The notes beneath the pieces were generated by a model. That model was not told the DNA's origin. It did no database searches and saw only the letters and a program-made list of their open reading frames with translations. Shown here in pieces: positions 1-7,963 of a stretch of 64,000 bases of DNA (within the stretch, counting starts at the first letter, position 1; each line of letters starts with the position of its first letter). This stretch comes from Bernardetiaceae bacterium. Its GTDB lineage: Bacteria; Bacteroidota; Bacteroidia; Cytophagales; Thermoflexibacteraceae. The DNA lies in the NCBI GenBank assembly GCA_044348925.1, contig JBIKRY010000001.1, forward strand, positions 8,371 through 72,370. Direction: 5' to 3'. The position numbers were made by a program, and so were the translations under genes.

Positions 1-2262
1 CCAAACAATAACTTGGATAGTATTTTGACAGGCAGAGTAAATTCGCTAAGACGTTTGAAAATTTTGGATATTAGCAGTAATAAATTAGATTTTGCTTCGG
101 TAGAGCCTTTTGTAGGACGTACTTTTACCTTTACCTACGACAAACAAGATAAAGTAGATAAAGAGGAGGAATATTTACTCTATGTTGGGCAATCTATCAA
201 CCTCAAAATAAAAACAGGAGGTACTCGTAATACCTATAAATGGACAAAAGATGGGGTAGATGTCTTTACTACTTTTACGCCTAACTTGCAAAAAAATACC
301 GTTACCATTGCAGATGCAGGGGTATATAGTGCCTTGATAACCAATAGCTTAGGTACAAATCTTACACTACAACGTAGAAATATCCGCCTGCGTGTAGTAG
401 GACAAATAGGTGGTTTAGATTCTATGATTTTGGTACAACTCAATGATTTATTAGGTGGACAAAATTGGATTAATAAATGGGACAGAACTAAACCTGTAGC
501 ACAATGGCATGGCGTAGAAATGGAAGGTACAAAAGTATTGAGTATCAATTTGGCAAATAATAACTTAGTCGGAAAATTACCTGATATTTTTGTATCTACA
601 GGAATTTTGTCGGATATTACATACCTTAATTTGTCGGGAAATGCTATTACAGGAACAATTCCTAAAACATTGGCAAATCTCAAAAAATTGCAATATTTAG
701 ACTTAAGTAAAAATTTATTGACAGGTGATATTATACCAGAACTTGCAACTTTGACAGATTTGCAAACTTTGTGGTTGTCGAGTAATCAATTTACAAGTAT
801 CAGTGCAGAAATTGGTAAATTAGCAAAATTACAAAATCTATTAGTCAATAATAACTTGCTAAAAACTTTGCCAAATGAACTAACAAACTTATTAGCATTG
901 CGTAAATTGAATATTGCAAATAATCAACTTACCGTGTTGCCAACAGGAATGGAAAAATTAGTAAATTTGCAATTATTGGATATTTCTAATAATTTATTGG
1001 ATATTTTGCCAAATATTTTTGCCAATATGCGAAATTTGACAGATTTCTATGCACAAAATAATTTATTCAAAGATTTGCCAGCAAGTTTAAGTACCTTAAA
1101 TACCTTACAAACTTTTGTAATACATTCTAATTTCTTAGATTTTGGAGATTTGGAAACTTTGCGAAATTTGGCGGTTATTAACACCACAGGTGCTATTTAT
1201 GAGCCACAAGATAAAGTAGATGTAGCACAGGATTTGTTGTTCAATCTTAGTCAATCTATAGTGTTGCGTGTTACTACTGCGGGTACGGCAAACCGTTATC
1301 AGTGGTTTAAAGACGGCATAGCTATTGGCGGGGCAACTTCGGCAACTTATACCAAAAATTTCCCAAATTTGGCGGACGCAGGAATTTATACCGTACAAAT
1401 AACTAATACGTTTACACAAAGATTGACATTGCTAAGACGAGATATATCGGTAAAAGTAGTTTGTGGAAATTCTAATAGTATTAGCTTATCTACACAAGGT
1501 ACAACCAGATACTGTGAAGGCGAAAAAATAAATACCACCATTGTATCTATGATTACAGATACAAAATTGCAAGCAAAAGCCTATCAATGGTTTATTAATG
1601 GCAATCGTTTGGCAGGTGAAGATAAACCAACCATTAATGTTATTCGAGAAGGAGAGTATAATGTGCAGATAACAGATGCAGAGGGTTGTGTCTATCAAGC
1701 TACAGAGCCAATGCGTATAGAATTGATAGCAAAACCAATCGTAAGCATAGTTTTGCAAACAGATAATGGCAATCAATTAATCAAATCAACCATTAGCAAT
1801 GTAAGCACCAATGTAAAAGTAGAGTGGTATGTATTGCCAATAAATTCGCAAATTGCACAGCAATTACAAGTTTCGCCAACAGCTACCGAAGTAAAACCAA
1901 TTATTGCAGGTACTTATTATGCAATAGTAACAGATGCAAAAGGTTGCCCAGCGAAATCTAATGTATTGGTTATCAACGTAGTAACAGGCATAGAAGAAGA
2001 TTTATTTGCACAACAGTTGCAAATATATCCAAATCCAAGTAATCGTTATTTTATGTTGCAAACCGATATTCCGCATAACGAATTAGCTTTGAAATTGGTA
2101 AATGCACTTGGACAAAACATAGAATTTGCTACAGATAGTGTAGCCGAAAAATTGCGAATAGATGTAGATAATTTGCCTTCGGGAGTGTATGTATTGGAAA
2201 TTACCAAAAAACAAGCAAATGGCAAGCTAATTACAGTCTATAAAAAATTGATTAAACAGTAA
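1..2262 (+). CDS. Secreted leucine-rich-repeat protein with Ig-like modules and a T9SS (Por) C-terminal sorting domain; 5' end lies outside the window
   Basis: The frame is open from base 1, with no stop before the TTG at 13. It has many LxxLxLxxNxL repeats (LQYLDLSKNLLTG, LRKLNIANNQLTVLP, LQLLDISNNLLDILP). Two copies of a module end in ADAGVYSALITN / ADAGIYTVQITN. The C-terminus IYPNPSNRYFML...GVYVLEITKK is the usual T9SS CTD pattern. Confidence 0.8.
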   Translation, partial: PNNNLDSILTGRVNSLRRLKILDISSNKLDFASVEPFVGRTFTFTYDKQDKVDKEEEYLLYVGQSINLKIKTGGTRNTYKWTKDGVDVFTTFTPNLQKNTVTIADAGVYSALITNSLGTNLTLQRRNIRLRVVGQIGGLDSMILVQLNDLLGGQNWINKWDRTKPVAQWHGVEMEGTKVLSINLANNNLVGKLPDIFVSTGILSDITYLNLSGNAITGTIPKTLANLKKLQYLDLSKNLLTGDIIPELATLTDLQTLWLSSNQFTSISAEIGKLAKLQNLLVNNNLLKTLPNELTNLLALRKLNIANNQLTVLPTGMEKLVNLQLLDISNNLLDILPNIFANMRNLTDFYAQNNLFKDLPASLSTLNTLQTFVIHSNFLDFGDLETLRNLAVINTTGAIYEPQDKVDVAQDLLFNLSQSIVLRVTTAGTANRYQWFKDGIAIGGATSATYTKNFPNLADAGIYTVQITNTFTQRLTLLRRDISVKVVCGNSNSISLSTQGTTRYCEGEKINTTIVSMITDTKLQAKAYQWFINGNRLAGEDKPTINVIREGEYNVQITDAEGCVYQATEPMRIELIAKPIVSIVLQTDNGNQLIKSTISNVSTNVKVEWYVLPINSQIAQQLQVSPTATEVKPIIAGTYYAIVTDAKGCPAKSNVLVINVVTGIEEDLFAQQLQIYPNPSNRYFMLQTDIPHNELALKLVNALGQNIEFATDSVAEKLRIDVDNLPSGVYVLEITKKQANGKLITVYKKLIKQ

Positions 2263-2386
2263 AAATAGCTGGTTTCTTTGAAGGGGTTATTGTTGCAAAA
2301 TGATGATACCTTCAAAGTAAATTAAATAAAAAGAGTAGCACAGTTTGTAAAAAAGTAGTAAAACAATTATCTTAATCATTTTATCT

Positions 2387-3292
2387 ATGTTATTATTTTC
2401 AACTGCCTCCTATGCCTATTTAAAGGATAAATTGTTGCAATATGCGGATTATTTTACTGAAGGAATTATTGAACATAAACAATTTCCTGATGGAGAAGAT
2501 TATTACCGCATTGTTTCAGACCTCAAGCAACAAGAAGTAGTATTGCTTGGTGGCACTATTTCGGACAAAAGCACTTTAGAATTATACGATTTAGCTTCGG
2601 GTTTGGTGCATTATGGGGCAAAAAAACTGACCATTGTAATTCCTTATTTTGGTTATTCTACCATGGAAAGGGCAGTAAAAACAGGCGAAATAGTAACCGC
2701 AAAAAATAGAGCTTTGTTGTTGTCTGCTATTCCTTCGGCACCTTATGGCAATCAAGTAATCATGATAGATTTGCATTCGGAGGGCATACCGCATTATTTT
2801 GCGAACAATCTACGAACTTATCATTTATATGCTAAGCCTATTATTATTGCATTGGCAAAAAAATTTGGTGGCAATGATTTTGTGTTTGCATCGACAGATG
2901 CAGGACGTGCCAAATGGGTAGAATCCTTAGCAAATGATATGCACGTACAAGCAGCATTTGTCTATAAACGGCGTACAAGTGGCAGTGAAACACAGGTAAC
3001 AGGCGTAAATGCAGACGTAAAAGACAAAACAGTAGTAATTTATGACGATATGATTCGCACAGGTGGCTCTCTTATCCAAGCAGCAAAAGCATATAAAGAA
3101 GCTGGTGCAAGCAAAATATATGTGATAACCACGCATGGAATTTTCCCTAATAATGCCATCGAGAGAATACAACAATCGGGGGTAATAGAAAAAGTAGCAG
3201 CAACAGACACTCACCCAAACGCCATACTTATGCAAAGTGATTTTTTGGAAATTGCATCTATTGCTGAATTGTTAAAAAATGCTTTGATTTAA
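2387..3292 (+). CDS. Ribose-phosphate diphosphokinase (PRPP synthetase) family protein, divergent paralogue
   Basis: It has the FPDGE motif, an IPYFGYS segment and the PRPP-binding loop VVIYDDMIRTGGSL. The canonical YARQDRK stretch reads YSTMERAVK, so I do not assign prs. Confidence 0.75.
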   Translation: MLLFSTASYAYLKDKLLQYADYFTEGIIEHKQFPDGEDYYRIVSDLKQQEVVLLGGTISDKSTLELYDLASGLVHYGAKKLTIVIPYFGYSTMERAVKTGEIVTAKNRALLLSAIPSAPYGNQVIMIDLHSEGIPHYFANNLRTYHLYAKPIIIALAKKFGGNDFVFASTDAGRAKWVESLANDMHVQAAFVYKRRTSGSETQVTGVNADVKDKTVVIYDDMIRTGGSLIQAAKAYKEAGASKIYVITTHGIFPNNAIERIQQSGVIEKVAATDTHPNAILMQSDFLEIASIAELLKNALI

Positions 3293-3308
3293 GGAATAGA
3301 AAGTTTAT

Positions 3309-3353
3309 TTTTTGATACTTTGTAAGTCTTAAAGGCTTGGAAAGTATCAAAAA
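3309..3353 (+). terminator. Stem-loop downstream of the PRPP synthetase-like gene
   Basis: tttttgatacttt (3309-3321) pairs perfectly with aaagtatcaaaaa (3341-3353). It lies 17 nt after the stop. Confidence 0.5.
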
Positions 3354-3373
3354 ATAACTTAAACTGCTTTTCA

Positions 3374-3424
3374 GAGTTTTCTTTCCAACCATTTCTGCAC
3401 AGTTTCATCAGCTAAGGCAATTTT
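3374..3424 (-). repeat. Displaced fragment of the leuS 3' coding region; direct repeat of 4829-4880
   Basis: 3383-3424 is identical over 42 nt to 4839-4880, with near-identity for about 10 more nt. The reverse-strand translation [14 protein letters not shown] matches the LeuRS C-terminal region and then stops (RKL*). Confidence 0.85.
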
Positions 3425-3505
3425 ATTCTAATTCATTGATTAAATCCTTTATTTCTTTGTCTGAAAGATTAGTAATTTCTGATTTATTGCAAATAGCAAG
3501 AATCT

Positions 3506-3713
3506 TTAACACGCATTTAGAAAATCTGTTAAAGTTTGGAGTTTTCTTTTTTCTTTGCGGGCTTTTCTTACTTCAATTATTCCATCTTTGATGCCTTGCA
3601 AGACTTCTATTTTTCTACGCAATTCGCCTAACTCTTGCATCAACCCATTCCAATAGAGGAATTTGAACAGCAACAGGCACACCTTCTGTGTTCGTAACAT
3701 ATTGTAAAGTCAT
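3506..3713 (-). pseudogene. Small antitoxin-like ORF split by an apparent 1-nt frameshift
   Basis: The ATG at 3713 opens MTLQYVTNTEGVPVAVQIPLLEW and then stops at 3615. The track ORF 3506-3700 continues in another frame as ...LMQELGELRRKIEVLQGIKDGIIEVRKARKEKRKLQTLTDFLNAC. The two join naturally at the GGG run near 3644. Confidence 0.4.
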
Positions 3714-3810
3714 AGCTTTAAGTTTTTACAAATTTACAAAAAACAGGAAAGTTTTGTAAGTAATTTCATAGGTTTTATTTTATAGAAAGATGCAATGATT
3801 AGATACAAAA

Positions 3811-4518
3811 CTAAGTATTTTTCAAATGTTCAGCTAATAAAGTTTCCAAATACGCTACGGCTTCGTGGGGAGTAGGAAATTCTTGATTTTGCTCGTCATA
3901 CTCAACTTTAAAACCTGTTTCACCTTTCACAAAAGTTGGTATTGGTATTTTTACACTTACTAAATAATTATTATTTTGTATAACTATGCTATAAGAATTT
4001 TCAACTGGGTGAGTGCCACTAAAAAGAGCTATATAGTTGAGATTTCCAGAACAACGAAATTGATAACATAAAGCAGAGTTACGGCATAATTCGTAAACAA
4101 TAAACATTCTTTTATAAGCATCTTCACCTGAATATTCAATATATTCTTTCATATTATAAAGTGTATTAGCCCAACTATAAATTTTAAAAGCATTTATCCC
4201 AAATTCCAAATAATACTCATATAAATCTGTAAATTGTATATCATCATTTGCAACTAAAATATCCTTAATTTCTACTCTGAAAATTAGCCATTGGTTTATC
4301 AAAAAGTTGATATTTTCTAAATAATCACCTTCATAGGTAGCTAAAACTATATTTTGTTCATAGAAAGAAATTTCTAAATAATTATTGCCATTGCTAAATT
4401 CACTTTTTTTTAGGTCAACTTTCCTATCTCCATTCTCCAATTCAACTGTATAAGTAACTTCTTTGGAATATTCCTTTATTGCTATTCCTTGTTCTTCAAA
4501 CCATTGTTTAGGTATCAT
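3811..4518 (-). CDS. Hypothetical protein (235 aa)
   Basis: A long uninterrupted ORF with no recognisable motif. It lies inside the 1.4-kb segment bracketed by leuS-fragment repeats. Confidence 0.55.
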   Translation of the reverse strand: MIPKQWFEEQGIAIKEYSKEVTYTVELENGDRKVDLKKSEFSNGNNYLEISFYEQNIVLATYEGDYLENINFLINQWLIFRVEIKDILVANDDIQFTDLYEYYLEFGINAFKIYSWANTLYNMKEYIEYSGEDAYKRMFIVYELCRNSALCYQFRCSGNLNYIALFSGTHPVENSYSIVIQNNNYLVSVKIPIPTFVKGETGFKVEYDEQNQEFPTPHEAVAYLETLLAEHLKNT

Positions 4519-4555
4519 AATTTATAATTTTGTTATGAATTAATTAGTTAATTTT

Positions 4556-4699
4556 GTGCCATTAGGCACTATATATTGGTAGAAAATGCTTAACCTCCTT
4601 CATTTTTTGCTCCGTTAGGAGCTACACATAGCTCATGACGGATAAGAAAGAGGAGGAGAGAATTATTTTTGCTACCAATATAGAGTTCCTAACGGAACA
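4556..4699. repeat. MITE-like element with ~33-bp imperfect terminal inverted repeats
   Basis: gtgccattaggcactatatattggtagaaaa (left) matches the reverse complement of tttttgctaccaatatagagttcctaacggaac (right). Each end is itself a small hairpin (gtgcc-atta-ggcac, gttcc-taac-ggaac). A third hairpin, gctccgttaggagc, lies inside. Confidence 0.6.
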
Positions 4700-4778
4700 A
4701 AAAAAAACACTACTTTTTAAAATCTAATTACCTAAAATACTTCGTAATTTCGTAATTAGTAATTTCGTAATTAAAAAA

Positions 4779-7751
4779 TTACACCACAACATTCACCACT
4801 TTTCCCACCACAATAATCACCTTTTTCGGAGTTTTCCCTTCCAACCATTTCTGCACAGTTTCATCAGCTAAGGCAATTTTTTCAATTTCTGCAACAGTCA
4901 AATCCAAAGAAAGTGTGAGTTTATGACGCATTTTTCCGTTGATAGAAACAGGATATTCAAAGCTACTTTCTACCAAATAACTTTCGTTACAAGTTGGAAA
5001 AGTGGCATTCATTACACTGTATTCTGCTTGCCAATTTTCGATATTTTGGTTTGGATATTGCAAAGCAAACCACAATTCCTCCACAATATGCGGTGCGTAA
5101 GGTGCAAGAATAACCAACAAATCAGCCAAAATTTGCTTTTTATAGCATTTTTGTTCTGTCAATTCATTCACACAAATCATAAATGTACTCACAGGCGTAT
5201 TGAACGAAAATCTTTCCATATCGTCCTCAATTTTCTTGATAGTTTTATGCAAAGTTTTCAATTCGTCTTTTGTTGGTGTGTCATCTGTAACTCTAAAATT
5301 ACCTTTGTCATCATAGAAAAGTCGCCAAAGTTTCTTCAAAAACTTGTGTGTACCATCAATTCCTTGCATATTCCAAGGCTTAAATTGTTCCAAAGGACCT
5401 AAAAACATTTCATACAACCGCAAAGTATCGGCACTATAACGGTTTACAACATCATCAGGATTTACGACATTATACCACCGTTTCGACATTTTTTCAACCG
5501 TATAACCGCAAACATATTTGCCATCTTCCATTTCAAATTCGGCATCTGCATATTCTGGTCGCCAAGCCTTAAATTTTTCCAAATCAAGCACATCATTCTC
5601 AACAATATTTACATCAACGTGCAATTCTTGAATGTTTGCAGCCTCATATTTATCTTTAAATTTCAGAGAAACAAATTTGTTGCTATCTTTCAATTTATAA
5701 ACAAAATTTGACCTACCTTGTATCATTCCTTGATTTATCAGCTTTTTGAAAGGCTCAACCGTCGAAACATAGCCCAAATCATACAAAAACTTGTTCCAAA
5801 ACCTGCTATATAACAAATGCCCTGTTCCGTGTTCAGCACCACCCACATATAAATCTACGGACTGCCAATAATTTTCTGCCTCTTTTGACACAAATTCTTT
5901 GTCATTTTTATTATCCATATATCGCAACCAATACCACGAAGAACCTGCCCAACCTGGCATGGTGCTAAGTTCGTATTCAAACCCAAGCCCCCCAGCCCCC
6001 GAAGGGGGAGTAACCCCCCAGCCCCCGAAGGGGGAGTTTGACGTTACAGCATCAGTTCCCCCTTCGGGGGTTAGGGGGCTATATTTCCAATTTGTTGCCC
6101 TTCCTAATGGTGGCTCACCGTTTTCTGTTGGTTTATATTGGTCTATTTCGGGCAATAACAAAGGCAATTCTTCATCAGAAAGTAGTTTTGGAATATTATT
6201 TTCGTCAAAATAAATTGGCACAGGTTCACCCCAATAGCGTTGTCTTCCAAAAACCGCATCACGCATTCTATAATTTGTTCTTGCAGTGCCAACTCCTTGA
6301 TTTTCAGCAAATTCAATAGCTTTTAAAATAGCTTCGTCTGTATCCAAACCATTTAAAAACCCAGAATTAACCATTTTACCATATTTTTTATCCGTAGGAT
6401 TTTCGAGTTCTTCCGCACCTTCAATCACATTGATAATTGGTAAATTGTATTGTTTTGCAAAACGAAAATCTCTGTCATCAGAACTTGGCACAGCCATTAC
6501 AACGCCTGTTCCATAACCTGCCAACACATAATCTGCTATCCAAACAGGGATTTTTTCGTTATTAAATGGATTTATGACGTAAGAACCTGTAAATACGCCT
6601 GTCGAAGTTTTGACTTCGGTCATTCTTTCTCTTTCACTACGGTTTGCTGCTTTTTCTACATATACTGCAACGGCTTGTTTTTGTTCTTCTGTTGTCAAAG
6701 TTGCCACCAATTCGTGTTCAGGTGCAATGGCAAGGTAAGTAACGCCAAAAGTTGTGTCAATACGAGTAGTGAAAACTTCTAAATACTCCCCAACGCCAAG
6801 CCCCCCAGCCCCCGAAGGGGGAGTTTTTGACGTTGTTTCGTCAGTTCCCCCTTCGGGGGTTAGGGGGCTAATTTTAAACCTCAATTCTGCCCCCAAACTT
6901 TTTCCTATCCAATTTCTTTGTATTTCTTTGATACTTTCCGACCATTCTATGGTGTCCAAATCATTCAATAATCTTTCAGCGTATGCAGTAATTCGCATCA
7001 TCCATTGACGCATTTTTTTACGTTCTACAGGATGTCCACCTCTTTCAGAAACTCCATCTTTCACCTCGTCATTTGCCAAAACAGAACCCAACGCAGGACA
7101 CCAATTCACAAAAGCATCTGCTAAATACGTTAAACGATATTGCAATAATTTATCAGATTTTTCTTTTGCCGAAAAGTTTTGCCATTCTGTTGCCGAAAAA
7201 ATTTGTGTATCTTCATCACAAGCTGCATCTACATTTGCATTGCCATTTTTCTCAAATTCAGCTACTAAAACACCAATATTTTCTGCTTTTTTGCTTTTAT
7301 TGTTATACCAAGATTCGAAAAGTTGTTTGAAAATCCATTGTGTCCATTTGTAATAATCAGGGCTTGAAGTGCGAATTTCCTTGTCCCAGTCATAACAAAA
7401 ACCTATTTTTCCTAATTGATTTTTGAAAGTGGCAATGTTATTTTCGGTAGTAATTTTTGGATGTTGCCCTGTTTCAATGGCGTATTGTTCGGCTGGCAAA
7501 CCAAAGGAATCGAAGCCCATTGGGTGCAAAACATTAAAGCCTTTTAGACGTTTGTAACGTGCAATAATGTCGGAGGCAATGTAGCCGAGAGGATGCCCAA
7601 CGTGCAAACCTGCCCCAGAAGGATAGGGAAACATATCAAGCACATAATATTTGGGCTTTTGGGTGTTGGTGCTAACTTTATACAGTTGCTTTTTTTGCCA
7701 AAGGTCTTGCCATTTGGTTTCTATGTTTTTGGGTGTATATTCTGCTGACAT
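4779..7751 (-). CDS. leuS: Leucine--tRNA ligase carrying two in-frame palindromic-element insertions
   Basis: It has the class I HIGH signature ([16 protein letters not shown]) and KMSKS (VEKMSKR), plus LeuRS-type architecture and the conserved tail [16 protein letters not shown]. The 990 aa include the foreign peptides [25 protein letters not shown] and [33 protein letters not shown]. Confidence 0.97.
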   Translation of the reverse strand: MSAEYTPKNIETKWQDLWQKKQLYKVSTNTQKPKYYVLDMFPYPSGAGLHVGHPLGYIASDIIARYKRLKGFNVLHPMGFDSFGLPAEQYAIETGQHPKITTENNIATFKNQLGKIGFCYDWDKEIRTSSPDYYKWTQWIFKQLFESWYNNKSKKAENIGVLVAEFEKNGNANVDAACDEDTQIFSATEWQNFSAKEKSDKLLQYRLTYLADAFVNWCPALGSVLANDEVKDGVSERGGHPVERKKMRQWMMRITAYAERLLNDLDTIEWSESIKEIQRNWIGKSLGAELRFKISPLTPEGGTDETTSKTPPSGAGGLGVGEYLEVFTTRIDTTFGVTYLAIAPEHELVATLTTEEQKQAVAVYVEKAANRSERERMTEVKTSTGVFTGSYVINPFNNEKIPVWIADYVLAGYGTGVVMAVPSSDDRDFRFAKQYNLPIINVIEGAEELENPTDKKYGKMVNSGFLNGLDTDEAILKAIEFAENQGVGTARTNYRMRDAVFGRQRYWGEPVPIYFDENNIPKLLSDEELPLLLPEIDQYKPTENGEPPLGRATNWKYSPLTPEGGTDAVTSNSPFGGWGVTPPSGAGGLGFEYELSTMPGWAGSSWYWLRYMDNKNDKEFVSKEAENYWQSVDLYVGGAEHGTGHLLYSRFWNKFLYDLGYVSTVEPFKKLINQGMIQGRSNFVYKLKDSNKFVSLKFKDKYEAANIQELHVDVNIVENDVLDLEKFKAWRPEYADAEFEMEDGKYVCGYTVEKMSKRWYNVVNPDDVVNRYSADTLRLYEMFLGPLEQFKPWNMQGIDGTHKFLKKLWRLFYDDKGNFRVTDDTPTKDELKTLHKTIKKIEDDMERFSFNTPVSTFMICVNELTEQKCYKKQILADLLVILAPYAPHIVEELWFALQYPNQNIENWQAEYSVMNATFPTCNESYLVESSFEYPVSINGKMRHKLTLSLDLTVAEIEKIALADETVQKWLEGKTPKKVIIVVGKVVNVVV
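5986..6080. repeat. G+C-rich palindromic element, composite copy (duplicated left arm), in frame within leuS
   Basis: agccccccagcccccgaagggggag occurs twice in tandem, followed by a spacer and the right arm ttcccccttcgggggttagggggct. Confidence 0.9.
6799..6869. repeat. G+C-rich palindromic element, canonical 71-bp copy, in frame within leuS
   Basis: The arms agccccccagcccccgaagggggag and ttcccccttcgggggttagggggct are reverse complements with 3 mismatches in 25. Each arm holds a ccccc-gaa-ggggg mini-hairpin. G+C is about 63% by my count, in an AT-rich gene. Confidence 0.9.
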
Positions 7752-7883
7752 GAGTTTGTAATGTTAAAATAATTGTAACTTCGCAATAGAAATCTAACAT
7801 ACGCTTTAGCGTTGAGTTGATACATTCGAAACCACAAAACTATTCTAATTTATGAAAAAATACAATTTTATTTAAAAAATAAT

Positions 7884-7918
7884 AGGTTTTCTATCTCAAA
7901 GTTTTGAGACGAAAACCT
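7884..7918 (-). terminator. Nested stem-loop downstream of the PBP4-like gene
   Basis: aggttttc...gaaaacct forms the outer stem and tctcaaa/tttgaga the inner stem. A T-run follows on the minus strand. Confidence 0.45.
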
Positions 7919-7963
7919 AATTTATATATCTTTTATTGCTACAAGACAATAAATTTAGTGCTA

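Noticed and set aside
5899-7008. Plus-strand ORFs 5899-6213, 6038-6319 and 6754-7008 containing PPAPEGG / PPSGVRGL peptides
   Set aside because: They lie antisense within the well-supported leuS gene. They exist only because the G+C-rich palindromic elements are stop-free in several frames.
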